DNA of 64,000 nt. It comes from Eledone cirrhosa (taxonomy: Eukaryota). The stretch spans positions 381,610,001-381,674,000 of the forward strand of contig OZ024740.1 of assembly GCA_964016885.1 (NCBI GenBank), written 5' to 3'. Each line of letters opens with the position of its first letter. Position 1 is the first letter of the stretch. The position numbers and the translations under genes were made by a program. The notes below the pieces were generated by a model. The model had not been told where the DNA came from, ran no database searches, and saw only the letters and a program-made list of their open reading frames with translations. Positions 1 through 12,926 of the stretch are shown here, piece by piece.

Positions 1-241
1 ATGCATATTAATTTAAGTTTGGCTTTGTATTAACTTACCTATTATATTGCTACTCTGTTGGTGTTATCTTATACATGCTCGTTTTACATGCTAAAGTCAT
101 AAATATACTCTATGTCTTACTTAGATTGATGTTGTGATTATTTCAACTAATTTATTGCTAGCATTGTTAGTATTGTTATTATTGTTCTTATTTAATGCGA
201 CTACTATATATAGAAGCCATGCCTGTGTATTCCCTTCATTC

Positions 242-360
242 TCGCAAGCTCTGATGAATTGACTGGTTATAACTATGTATTGGTGATCGATTGACTCAAA
301 AACAGGCGGGTAGCGATCTCTAGACATACCAGTTCAGAGAAACATTTGTCAGCAATGTGA
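242..360 (+). ncRNA. Type I hammerhead ribozyme with long stem II
   Basis: gct-CTGATGA(251-257), then ~80-nt stem II (actggt..tatgt..gatcg / cgatc..acata..ccagt), then GAAA(339-342)-catttg-TC-agc. Stem I is gct/agc, extended by tcgca/tgtga. Confidence 0.75.
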
Positions 361-430
361 TTAAAGCCCTTATTGTATAGCAAACCGTGTCACTCTTCTT
401 TCTTGATTTATATATATATATATATATATA

Positions 431-462
431 TTGTTTCGTTCGAAGGAAATCATCAGGAAATC
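431..462 (-). ncRNA. Truncated hammerhead motif abutting (TA)n
   Basis: Minus strand reads CTGATGA-tttccttcgaac-GAAAcaa and then runs into (TA)n. Stem III and the 3' strand of stem I are missing. Confidence 0.4.
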
Positions 463-562
463 CCTGTGCTCTAGTTTTCATACCAGTCGATAAAAATATA
501 TCGACCCATGTTGCTCAACCCGCCAAGATGAAACTCTCCTCGATTATACACAAACGCGCGCG

Positions 563-593
<31 letters not shown>

Positions 594-683
594 ATATATA
601 TATATACATACCCACACACAAACACATATATACACGCACGCGGACAAATATATATATATGTATATATATAATTATAAAAATCA

Positions 684-718
<35 letters not shown>

Positions 719-1168
719 TATATGTATATACATATATACATATATGTATATACATATATACATGCACACGTACACAAATACCCACCCACCACCCCACCAC
801 CCAAACCCACACATATATATATACACACACACACCTGGAATATTTAATGATATTGCGGAGAATATTTTTTAGGCTCAGGGCTTTTTAAATTAATGAATTA
901 TTTTTACCTCCTTCAAGTTTTAAAATATTCGATATTCTTCATTTTGCCAAAGACATGGAAAAATAATTGTCCGAAGTTTTATTGTTTTTTTTCTTAATGT
1001 TGATAATAATTGTTGTAGTCATTGTTTTAATAACTCTTGCTTCCATTACCTAAAATTATTTTGATTGCTCTTGTTGCATTGTTTCATTTTAGTTTTCTTT
1101 ATGTTCATTTGTATTCTAATTATTTTTTGTATTGTCTTCTAAATGTACTTTTTTTATTTATTGTCTTT

Positions 1169-1169
<1 letters not shown>

Positions 1170-1263
<94 letters not shown>
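1170..1263. repeat. (TA)n microsatellite, one of dozens in the window
   Basis: Directly visible. Confidence 0.95.
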
Positions 1264-1267
<4 letters not shown>

Positions 1268-1883
1268 TTTTTATTAAGTGGTGTTCTGATAATTGATGTT
1301 TGATTTTATTGTATTTGTTGTATAAATCAGAAAGAAGAATTGATAGGAAAAGGAATTATTTAAAAATATACATTTACATTCCAAAATAACCTATTCTATT
1401 TAGATATCTAAAATAATATAAAGTCTTTTTACTTCTCTTCTGTATATACGTTAATAAATTAGTTGGTTGTATGTAAAAAATTATGTACATATCATAAAAG
1501 GAAAACACAGTCAAACACGAACACAAAACAAAAGAAATTCAACCATTTCAAACTTGTGAATAGAAATGAAATAAATTTGGTACCTAATTAAAATTGAAGA
1601 AAATATACAAACAAAAACACAGAAGGAAGCAAAGCAGAAAGAAAGAATAGAAATACCTCGAAAATTAACAACATAAAACATATGAAATATAATATAAAAA
1701 TAATTAACACGTATCGAAAAAAATCCCCCCCAAAATACACTCCACCATCATCATTTTCACAAGCAACCACAAACTCCACCAACACACTTATCACCATCAT
1801 CATCAGAATCATCGGCGTCACCAGATTTGAAGTGATTAAACTATACTGTACTATACTATATATATATACACACATATATACGA

Positions 1884-1938
<55 letters not shown>

Positions 1939-2209
1939 CATATATAAGTATACCTGTGTGTGTGTGTGTGTGTGTGTGAGTGTATATATATATATATATA
2001 TAACATTCATGTTTTTAGTTTTTTATTAATTCGATTTTATTTTTTATTTCATATACTTATTTTTGGAGTTTGATTAATAAATGTATACATACCTACGCAA
2101 GATACACACAAATAAACTTACACACACACAGGCACACAGACCCACAGACACACAGATACACATTTGCACCCCCCCATATATTATATATATATATATATAT
2201 ATATAAATT

Positions 2210-2259
2210 GAACTGCACTGATGAGGGGTAATACCCAGAAACATTAGTGTCTGTAGTTC
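2210..2259 (+). ncRNA. Canonical minimal type I hammerhead ribozyme
   Basis: gaactgca-CTGATGA-g-gggt aat accc-a-GAAA-ca ttag tg-TC-tgtagttc. Stem I is 8 bp with one G-U and the cleavage triplet is GUC. It lies directly after (TA)n. Confidence 0.9.
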
Positions 2260-2397
2260 TGTTTACATGCCAACATAAGAGCAATAATGAGGGGCTCATT
2301 CTACTGACATCGCTTTAAAAAGAGGATGTTTGCATAATTGCAAACGAATCGAATATTATTATTAATATTCGAAAAACTCAGATTACATTTATATATA

Positions 2398-2413
2398 TCA
2401 ATCTATTTCTAGT

Positions 2414-2477
<64 letters not shown>

Positions 2478-2843
2478 ACTAGAAATAGATTGATATATAT
2501 ATATATATATAAAATAAACATATGAAACCATCACAGAGAATAATTTGTAAAATGTGTAAGCACACACAGCAAGTTCTAGTTAAACTTTAATTAGTTAACT
2601 ACCTTTTAAAATGATTAATCTCCTTTGTATATATTTCTTTAAATAAAAAAGATATTTCACGATTAATCGGTAAATGACAGTAGTCAAATCATTTTAAAAG
2701 GTATCTATATTTGAAGTTCTAGTTAAACTTTAATTAGTTACCTACCTAGCTGTGTGTGCTTATACACTTTACAAACTATTCCCTGTGATTGTTTCATATG
2801 TTTATTTTATATATACATATGTCAATCTATTTCTAGTTGATAT
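2398..2843. repeat. Nested inverted repeats around (TA)n
   Basis: 2398-2420 is inverted at 2472-2494 across (TA)n. 2472-2570 is inverted at 2749-2843. A 27-bp direct repeat occurs at 2571 and 2714. Confidence 0.8.
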
Positions 2844-2938
2844 AAAATGCTAGGATCTATTCATTGGAATATTTGAGCTTATTCTGCAGTGGATATGGAG
2901 CATGTCTCTCAGACATGACACCCTTAATTTAATTTTGG

Positions 2939-2972
<34 letters not shown>

Positions 2973-3242
2973 ATAGATGAACTGTAATATTTGAATGTAC
3001 AGGAACATATTCACAGAACTAAACTGAAACTCATATAAAGAATATCAATACAAAATTGTTTTTATCAGAGAATGTCCGGGTTCATTTGTTCCACAGTGTA
3101 GCATGTTGAATTCTGTGTGTTATAGCTGTAATCTTTACAATAGTGTGGGTACAACTGCAGCAGCACTCGAAACACACATTCTTCAATCCATCAGATGAAA
3201 TAGACGTCTTGAAGCCATTGGTAATGCAGAGCTAAAACAGAC

Positions 3243-3301
<59 letters not shown>

Positions 3302-3542
3302 CAATATAATTAGAAACACACAGATACATGCGGACACACACATATATACATTAATGCATCCGCACCCAACTGTGAGTTAAGGGTGCCAACTTCACCGATG
3401 TTGCTCAATGAATGACTGGGACAGACCAATTCAGTTGAACCAGACTGAACCAGTATCAGAGTTAAAAATACATTATGAAGAGAGAAGAAACATTTAGATA
3501 TAATTAGTAATAAAATGTATCATACCTAAACTGCTCCTAAAT

Positions 3543-3632
3543 TCCTCGACTACGTAGTTTCGTGGCATAAACAAAAACAATATATCATAAAGATATAGAG
3601 TCCCTGCGAGGTCTACCGACTTATCAAGAGGA
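3543..3632 (-). ncRNA. Variant hammerhead (core UUGAUAA), copy 1
   Basis: Minus strand: tcctc-TTGATAA-long stem II-GAAA-ctacgtag-TC-gagga. Stem III ACTACGTAGT is palindromic. Confidence 0.7.
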
Positions 3633-4137
3633 TACCTCGTTTTACTAGTCTCAAGAACGCGTCTACACGACGTGAGAAAGAATCCCAAAAGGCGGAGGGG
3701 GAGATAGTCACGCGATATAACGGTCGAGAAACAGAGCTAAGCCTCTTATAACCCCGAAGAAAATACCACGGAGGCGGAGGGGGTATTTATATCGAGGCCG
3801 CAGAAGAGGTGGTGAAGAAGGCGAGAAGTATGAGTAATGGAAGCCTTCCAGCTGTCCCCACACTTCAAAGATTGCTCGACCAGAGGGAGTTATTAACAAT
3901 ATAATTAGAAACACACAGATACATGCGGACACACACATATATACATGAATGCATCCGCACCCAACTGTGAGTTAAGGGTGCCAACTTCACCGATGTTGCT
4001 CAATGAATGACTGGGACAGACCAATTCAGTTGAACCAGACTGAACCAGTATCAGAGTTAAAAATACATTATGAAGAGAGAAGAAACATTTAGATATAATT
4101 AGTAATAAAATGTATCATACCTAAACTGCTCCTAAAT

Positions 4138-4227
4138 TCCTCGACTACGTAGTTTCGTGGCATAAACAAAAACAATATATCATAAAGATATAGAGTCCCT
4201 GCGAGGTCTGCCGACTTATCAAGAGGA
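4138..4227 (-). ncRNA. Variant hammerhead (core UUGAUAA), copy 2
   Basis: Same motif 595 bp further on. The stem II base is gt-c-ggca/tgcc-ac. Confidence 0.7.
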
Positions 4228-4377
4228 TACCTCGTTTTACTAGTCTCAAGAACGCGTCTACACGACGTGAGAAAGAATCCCAAAAGGCGGAGGGGGAGAT
4301 AGTCACGCGATATAACGGTCGAGAAACAGAGCTAAGCCTCTTATAACCCCGAAGATATATATATATATATATATATA

Positions 4378-4388
4378 TTATCATTATA

Positions 4389-4420
<32 letters not shown>

Positions 4421-4488
4421 TTCTTCTTCTTCTTCTTCGCCCACTTATTCCTGAGAGGGTCTTGAGGGCAGAGTCCTCAAACATTCCT
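4378..4488 (-). repeat. Inverted copy of the 3' end and tail of the RTE LINE at 5691-5800
   Basis: Reverse complement of aggaatgtttgaggactctgccctcaagaccctctcaggaataagtgggc(gaa)n(tga)n..ataatgataat. Confidence 0.85.
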
Positions 4489-4939
4489 GTTACTATATAT
4501 ATATATGTACATGTGTGTGTGTGTGTATTTTGTGTTTGTGTCTTAGTAAGTTTTTGAAATGAAATTTCAATCGAAACATTTTTGAGGAAATTGAAATTAA
4601 TTTCTTTCAATACAGATTTAATGTTGTTGGGTTTCTACTCTTGTTTATTTGTAAACTCTGTCTGCGAACGTAATAAAATCAATAACATTTTTATTCATAA
4701 ATAAGTGGTTACGTTTTATAATATATACCTGTATCACAGGTATTATTAACCCCACAGACACCAATATGTGTCACCCCTTCTCATAGTACTTTGTAAGAAA
4801 CAACATTTGAAACATGGACAGTGATGAGAATATAAAATTAATAAGAAATTTAAACTTAAGATATTTGTATTAATCCATATAATATGTGTATCGATTCTTA
4901 TTAAAACCATTCCAGCCATGACCATTCTATCTTTTTATC

Positions 4940-5790
4940 AGACATAATGACAACATTCCTCGGAACCTGCTATGAAAGGTTGTGCAGGAGTATGGGATTG
5001 ATCGTCAGCTTCTTCTTGTCCCGATGTCTTTATATGAATGCCCGAGGATTTATGTTCGGATAAATGATGATAAATCGACATCATTTAATGTAGGAGTCGG
5101 ACTCCACCAAGGGTGCGTACTGTCCCCTCTTCTTTTCATTATTTACATGAACAGGACTAACATTCAAGCCGTGTTCACGAGTGATAGAAGGCAGGAGGCT
5201 GAATTAAGTTCAAGAATTGTAAAAGCTGGGGCAGTAATGCGCTAGCTTCAACATTCAGTAATAAGAAAAAACGGGGGTAGGCGTAAAAGCCAAACTCACT
5301 ATCTTCAATTCGGTTGTCGTGCTAACCCTTACCTAAGGTCATGAATCCAGGACGGATGACCGAAATAATACGATCGCGAAAACAAGCGGCCAAAATGTGA
5401 TTGCTTCGAAGGGTTCTTGGAGTAATGTTACTCAATAGAGTGCGTAGCTCGGAAATCAGAGAGTCAATCCAGATAGAGTCGCTACTTCGAATTGAGAAAT
5501 CACAGCTTCGATAGTATGGAAATGTGGTTAGAATGTCTCATGAAAGAATCGCTGGACAGATTTTACGGACAAAACCAACCGGCAAGAAACCCAGGAGTAG
5601 GCTCCCGAGTAACATGGTTAGATAACATCCATGAGCTGGGGATCCAGCCGTATCAGTTGGAGACCCCTGCTTCTAACAGGATCCGCTGGAAGGAATGTTT
5701 GAGGACTCTGCCCTCAAGACCCTCTCAGGAATAAGTGGGCGAAGAAGAAGAAGAAGAAATGATGATGATGATGATGATGATGATGAAGAT
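4940..5790 (+). mobile_element. RTE-clade LINE, 5'-truncated and degenerate, with internal deletion
   Basis: RT motif FNVGVGLHQGCVLSPLLFIIYMNR joins directly to the post-RT region (the YADD segment is missing). C-terminal RTE-like peptides and a (GAA)n(GAT)n tail follow. Confidence 0.85.
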
Positions 5791-6855
5791 AATGATAATT
5801 ATAATGTATTTAGGTTTATTTTTTCATAAAGGGGCTGTTAATCTAAACCTTTTGTTGATATTAATGTAACGTGTTCTGTATTTCTTAAGGCGCCAGAGAG
5901 TAATTTCAACAACAATTGGCATATATTTCTAGCATTTGAATTAAGGTACATATCGACTAAGACTTTGGCTCAATCGTCGACACCCCTACAGAAAGCTAAA
6001 AGACAATTACGTCTGAGATTGTATTAACATTTTTCATATAAACTGAAGGCCAACTGTCGTTTTGCTGGAGCCCCGTCAATGAATCAATGCATTAAATGCA
6101 AATAGAGTCAACAGAATAAGCTAAAGAAATGTTGTTCCCATGACCTCTTCCATCATTCAACAAAACTATTATGTTAATTATTATATACTGTTTATTTATC
6201 ACCTTTTACTCAAGAAAGGAAGGACAGGGCACATCACCGTTTATTTATCAGTGCCGACAAGACTGATAGGGTAAATTATCATCAACCTTGATTGCAGCGC
6301 AAATGCTTACAAATGCATTGTGAAATCTACTAAATGCATCCAAGAGTTAGGTGGTGAAATTATATGCAGTTAAAGATGAAGTATACAATAACATAGAAAT
6401 ATTAACAGAAAGTCAGAAATTAAAGAGTTACAATAAATAACACAAGACTTCTCATCGTACACATTAACAATTCCCAAATCAATCATCGTTGCTTGGGAAC
6501 TTATTCTTTCATTCTTTCAAAAACGAAACTTTGGAATTTGAATTTAGAGAAAAAATACCACAAGGCATTTTCTTCTATATGCGTATATGTATATATATAC
6601 ATGAATGCAACTAAGAGAGTGGATTTCCCTAATCTGTAATTAAACACACAGAGAAAATCAACGTTGCACAGATGCAGCCCAATGACTTAAATCAGAAAAA
6701 AAGTAATCACCAACCTAGAAATGTATTTAAAAACTAGAATCTGTGTAAACTGGTGTTACACTATATCGACAAATATTGTATAGTGAAGTTTCTAAAATAC
6801 ATCCGTTACTCATAGAGAGTAGAAGAACCTGACGTATTGAGACAATCTCTCTCTC

Positions 6856-6914
<59 letters not shown>

Positions 6915-7072
6915 ATACTTTGGGAGGGTCATGTTGCCAATAAGAAACACACGCACCAGTTGCTTTCACTTCAATTTATTATATATTTATACATTTATAA
7001 ATTTACAAATCTACAAACTTATAAATTTCTGGTTGGTTGGTTGGTTCCACAACCAGATAGTTGTTTATATAT

Positions 7073-7117
7073 AGTCATAGTCCTTTCGTCACACACTCTG
7101 TGACCTCTTCAGTGACT
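7073..7117 (-). ncRNA. Minimal type I hammerhead in PLE pLTR
   Basis: Minus strand: agtca-CTGAAGA-g-gtcac agagtgt gtgac-GAAA-ggac-TA-tgact. Confidence 0.85.
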
Positions 7118-7402
7118 GGGGATTCCTTTCTTTGTTTCTGTGCCTTTCCTTTCTTCTATCCTACGCCATTTTGTTTCTGTGTGTGTGTTGTGTGCTCAGT
7201 TTGCGCATGCGCCACATCCGGGTGTCTGTGTGTGTTTGTGTTCATTTATTTATTTATTTATTGTTGGTTGGTTGTTAGTTCTATGTGTGTGTGTGTTTTC
7301 ATTTTGTCCTGTGTGTGTTTCTATTTTGTCCTTAATTGTAAGTTGTTTGTTCTATGTGTGTGTGTGTTTTCATTTTGTCCTGTGTGTGTTTTCATTTTGT
7401 CC

Positions 7403-7976
7403 TTAATTGTAAGTTGTCATGTTGCTGTTCCACTCATATTTTCTATTTAATTTTGGTTGTAATTCTTTTATGCTTACTGCCTCTGTAATTTGCCTAAACA
7501 TTGCATCTTTCCTGTGTGTGGATTCTATTTTTATTTCTATGTTCTCTAATGTACCCCTGTGTTCTATCTTAGCATGTTGGTAGAGCACAGATGATTCTTT
7601 ATTATCTTGGAGGTCTCGCCAGTGTTCATTTATTCGTTCCCCTATACTACGAGCTGTCTCACCTATGTACACTATATTTTTGTTTCTACATTGTCCTTCA
7701 GTACATCTTATGCTATACACTACATTTTTAGTTTTACAGTTAATATGGGGGCTTATTTTACAGGTTATACATTTCTTATCTATACATGAGGGTCTTTGGA
7801 ACGGGTATGTCTTGCTAATAAGTGTTTTTACGGAGGTACCTGGTCTTTCTACTATCTTAATATTGAGTTTATGTTTATTTAGGGCCCTTCTAAATTTGTA
7901 GGCTAGTTCGCCTCTAGGGGTTGTATTGATGAACATTACACTCTGGTATTTATTGCTATCATACCATGAGTATGAT
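7403..7976 (-). pseudogene. PLE C-terminal GIY-YIG endonuclease fragment
   Basis: CIDKKCITC linker, NVVYSIRC..VYIGETARSIGERINEH, RQITEAVSIKELQPKLN. Confidence 0.92.
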
Positions 7977-8335
7977 AGGTCACAGAGTGTGTGACGAAAG
8001 GACTATGACTATATATAAACAACTATCTGGTTGTGGAACCAACCAACCAGAAATTTATAAGTTTGTAGATTTGTAAATTTATAAATGTATAAATATATAA
8101 TAAATTGAAGTGAAAGCAACTGGTGCGTGTGTTTCTTATTGGCAACATGACCCTCCCAAAGTATAACAATATCGGTTTCAACACACGATTTCAGATAAAG
8201 AATCTTGCTAAACAAATTCAGAAACGAAATATATATACTTATATATATATATATAGTTGGTGGTGCGTGTACGGAGTTAATTATTATAAAATAACAAGAG
8301 GTTGCACTGGTGTAATTCCTTAAAAGAGGTTTATT

Positions 8336-8394
8336 ATACTATGATCATTTCAATGACCGGATTCAGTATGAATCCGGTGACATCATCAGGTATT
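8336..8394 (-). ncRNA. Type I hammerhead, left arm of palindrome
   Basis: Reverse complement of the motif at 8589-8646. Confidence 0.8.
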
Positions 8395-8588
8395 CGAAAT
8401 ATAACAAAGGAATATAATAGACAAAATCCATGGGGCAGAAAATCAGAGACATGATGGTGACCGGACATTTAGCAGCTTCTACCCCGATCGGCCGACCGGG
8501 GTAGAAGCTGCTAAATGTCCGGTCACCATCATGTCTCTGATTTTCTGCCCCATGGATTTTGTCTATTATATTCCTTTGTTATATTTCG

Positions 8589-8646
8589 AATACCTGATGA
8601 TGTCACCGGATTCATACTGAATCCGGTCATTGAAATGATCATAGTA
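8589..8646 (+). ncRNA. Type I hammerhead, right arm of palindrome
   Basis: atac-CTGATGA-tgtc-accggattca tac tgaatccggt-catt-GAAA-tgatca-TA-gtat. Stem III ATGATCAT is palindromic. Confidence 0.8.
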
Positions 8647-8692
8647 TAATAAACCTTTTAAGGAATTACACCAGTCCAGCCTCCTGTTATTT

Positions 8693-8760
<68 letters not shown>

Positions 8761-8868
8761 AAGGAAAATGCAACCGGAGTCTTTTTTTAAATATATATTT
8801 ATTTCCTTTACCTGTTTCATGGATCTTATGCTTTTCAAATGTAGAATTAAGACGGAGTGTTTGTGGCC

Positions 8869-8873
<5 letters not shown>

Positions 8874-8965
<92 letters not shown>

Positions 8966-8975
8966 ACACACACAG

Positions 8976-9035
<60 letters not shown>
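8874..9035. repeat. (CA)n microsatellite
   Basis: Directly visible. Confidence 0.95.
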
Positions 9036-9047
<12 letters not shown>

Positions 9048-11546
9048 TGAAATATACATGTGTGTATGTGAAGTTGCGTGTGCGTGTGTTTGAATGCATG
9101 CATGTCAGTATCACGCTCTATTTATTATCTTTTGAAAATAAAACCCTAACCACGAAATGCAAACTAAAAATCAGTGTAAATAATTGATTTGTTTATCTTA
9201 ATTTACTCTACTCTAGTTTTCACTCCTGTATTTCTAAGCTACACTGTACAAGCTCTATCAATACATTCATAACCACATATCTCACAATAAAAAGTTACAT
9301 CAATCTTTGTTTCTCTCACCCGCCTCCATCTTTCCCTACCTCTCTCTCTATATATATTTCGCTATATATATAGTCAGTTAGTAAAAAAGAGATAGAGAGT
9401 GAATGTAGAGAGAACACAGAATGACGTGGCTGATAACGAAGGGGGATATGAATATTATATTTTCTTTTTTAGTCTGTTATATTACAAAATACAATGATAA
9501 TTCAATTCAAATTGATGCCTTATTGTTTTGTGTACAATTGATATAGAAATAATACAAAAATCACTTAAAAGCAAAACTGAGGTGTGGAAATTAGCCAGAC
9601 AATAAAAAAGCTGCCATTCCGAATATTCTGGTTATAAAACGAATAAAAATCAAGAAAAACACACCTTAAAACTGAAAAGAAAAATGTATAAAAATAATTT
9701 TTTATTTAATTTAGAAAAAAAAATATTTGATACAGTGTTTTTTTCCCGGAGAAAAAAGTAATTTAATAACAAATAATATATCAGTATAAAGCAAATTCTT
9801 CAACCCTCAGCGTTTTTCTAAGATTTGATTTAATTATTTATGTAGAATTTTTCCTGGTTGAGGTTATGGCTTTACTTGTAGGAAATGCTGTGTTGTCTTT
9901 ATTAAGTTTTACAATGCTTCCAGCTACTATTATATCATATAACATCATATATAATTCAGATTAATAAATACTATACACTCGCGTTAGTATTTGCCCTGAA
10001 GAGCAGATACTCCATTAACTTCAAGGGAATCCTTTTTAGAATCTCACTGAGAAGATAAAGGAATAATAATTTGATCATGTTTGAAGTATGCCTTCGCCTA
10101 GACTACCGGTCAGAAATTTAAAAGTCTCGCTGGCACCTTTCACTTAAACGCCAAGGTACACCATCATTGGGTACAATTAAGCGATGTAAGAATGTAAGAA
10201 CGTGGGTGCAATCAGATTGTATTGTAGAATTTACGTCTGTTTATGTTCTTCATCCTTGATAGATGCACCCACACACAACCTTAGCGCAGCATATTGTATG
10301 AGCAATACGCCAGCCAAAGCTGTTTTACAAAGAATGATGTACATAATTTCGTTTGTAGTTCATATGGGTTGTTTGTGGTTCAGATGTAATTTCAACAATG
10401 GTATTGCAGATCTTATGAAAACAATGAAAACAACAGCACATAATATTTTACTTTCCTAACAACTTCAGAATATATTAAATGCTCGTTAAGATGATTAGTA
10501 CATCACACTCGTAATATCTTTCTCATGCCCTCCGTCGCTAATTGGAACGTATTTATGTAAAGTTGAAATAATTGTGACGCTAGCGGATTCAAATATTCAG
10601 TCTTCTGACAAAATACCATCAGATATTTGGTTTCGTATATTCTAGTTCAGAGTTCGAATTCTCCCCTTCTCTTTAATCCTTACATGTCTCTACATTAAAC
10701 ATGTTCTATATATTAGGATGGATGTAATCGACTATACCTTTTAAAGCAGTCTCGCGATATGCCTAAAACCTGTAAGCATATAAATGTACACAAATGACAC
10801 GACAGTGTAGCAGGTAGTGCTCAGTGTCTACTGATTGAGTTATTACATTTTAGCTCCAAGTCGAATTCCCTTGAGAAGAAATTTACACCATATGCCTGTT
10901 TGAAAAAAAAAAAAAAAGTCAATATCCAGTAAAATATCTGGTATCAATTTCTAAAGAAATATAACATCGGAAAGTTTCGCTTTTTGATCTGAGAGATACA
11001 TTTGTTTACTTCTCTGTTAAGTACTCTTATAATTAAATTACGATAATTTGTGATAGTAAAAAGAAAATTGTTGGTTTTCACTTCACCAATATAATTAGTA
11101 TGTAACATTGTACGATATATTCTTTCTTTCGATAACACGTCGTTTATTTCTGAAGAAGGGAAATTACACGGTGCACTGACTTTACATAACTGGCACTTTC
11201 AGGTGACCGATTTTGACATATTTTCTCTTAATTTTACATTATCACTATTATTACTGTTTTTGTTGTCGTTGTGGTTGTTTTTGGAGATGTTCGAGTCTCT
11301 GTTCTGGTGATTACAATTTCGTTTTTATTATATATTCCTTTTCTCACATGTATGTATGTTTGAGTTATTTATTGTTAGATTTTATCCCAGCACATCACGT
11401 TTTGACTGATATATTATATATCTTTTGTTTCCATTTCTATCACTCTGTTGCTTAGCAAGTCAGAAAATAACAAAATTGGTTTTGAATCCGTGTTATTTTT
11501 GCGAACATATCTATCTATCTATATATCTATCACCACCCAATCTCTC

Positions 11547-11582
<36 letters not shown>

Positions 11583-12774
11583 AATCACTCACAGCATGCA
11601 CCCAAACAAAATGTTTATATATTTTGAAAAAAGGAAACATTACTGCATTCAAAGTTCGAACGAAATAAAAGATTACAGGTGAAATATATAGTATGTTATT
11701 ATTTTAATTGTTTCAGTCATTAGACTGCGACCATTTTAAGGATTTAGTCGATCGTATCAACCGCAATACTTATGTTCTGAATTTTGAATTTTACTTCATC
11801 GGTCTCATTTTGTTGAACACTTAATTTATGGGACATAAACAGAGGCACCGAACGTAACACAGGCATACCCTCTCTTTCTTTCTCTTCCTCACACAAGCAA
11901 ACACAAACACCCACATTATACATAGGTATATATACGTAGGTCTTCTGCGATTTCGCACACAAGGCATTGGTTAACATGTGGTTGCAGCTGAAGAAGTTAG
12001 ACTAATGTACTACGCAGCGGATATGAACCAGAAACGACGTGGTGCTAAACGAACTCCTTAAAAATCCAGCCATGTCTGCAGCTATATAAAGAAGAGATTT
12101 ATACTGTTGTTAACATTTTCGCGAATTGAAATGAATTGGAATCTCTAAAAATTTTGATATACTAAGTTAATTTATAAAAAGAAAAATCATCATCACAGTC
12201 TTTGACTATAGTCAAGAAATAATCTTCACTAAAAACATTCACACAAAGAAACAAATCAAAATATAACCGTTTTTGTTATTACTATGGTGAAAAAGTACTT
12301 AAAAATAACGAGACAATAACAGCCAGGGAGACATTTGTAATTAACTCTTTAATAGATTGTCACTAAACCTAACAGAAGGGTAGTAATTCCATAATGAAGA
12401 TCAACTGTATCTACACTTTTTCGGAGTCGATGAAATACACTACTGGTCAAGTGTTGGGGTTAATATAATTTGCTTTCTCTTTTACTCATTCTGATGCTTG
12501 TATCTAAGAGGCATTTATCTTTATGTCAACACACATGCTCACACACAAATACATACACACAAAATACAAGCACAATTACATATAAATACACATACATGCG
12601 CGTGCCTACACACACACACACATCCACACACTCACACACACACACACATATATATAACTTTATAATAAAAAATATGATCATACAACAATTACCTTGTGAA
12701 TGATTTGTCTGAAAAGAGGTAATTTAGTTTGTATGTGCTTTGATATGTCCTTCAGTACCACTCGTATACACACG

Positions 12775-12836
12775 TGTCTGTCTGCCTGTCTGTCTGTCCG
12801 TCTGTCTGCCTATCTGTCTGTCTGTCTGCCTATCTG

Positions 12837-12925
<89 letters not shown>
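12775..12925. repeat. Compound (TCTG)n/(CT)n/(CTAT)n microsatellite
   Basis: Directly visible. Confidence 0.9.

Positions 12926-12926
<1 letters not shown>

Larger units (their letters stand above)
3301..4355 (-). mobile_element. 595-bp tandem unit (~1.8 copies), non-autonomous PLE/retrozyme-like, one variant HHR per unit
   Basis: Units start at 3301 and 3896 and are nearly identical. Both ends are bounded by (TA)n. HHRs at 3543-3632 and 4138-4227. Confidence 0.75.
6908..8171 (-). mobile_element. 5'-truncated Penelope-like element with inverted partial pLTR
   Basis: GIY-YIG ORF, HHR in the 3' terminal repeat, 6908-7106 inverted at 7977-8171, 3' end at (TA)n. Confidence 0.92.
8284..8698. repeat. 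~410-bp near-perfect spacerless palindrome carrying two divergent HHRs
   Basis: Centre ccccgatcggccgaccgggg at ~8491. The arms are exact reverse complements over ~165 bp and degrade outward. Confidence 0.92.

Noticed and set aside
3100-3200. Minus-strand TTGAAGA-tgtgtgtt..aacacaca-GAAT motif
   Set aside because: No GAAA and no convincing stem I or III.
11985-12046. CTGAAGA...GAAACGACGTG hammerhead-like string
   Set aside because: Stems I and II pair poorly and the cleavage triplet would be GUG, so it is at best a decayed relic.
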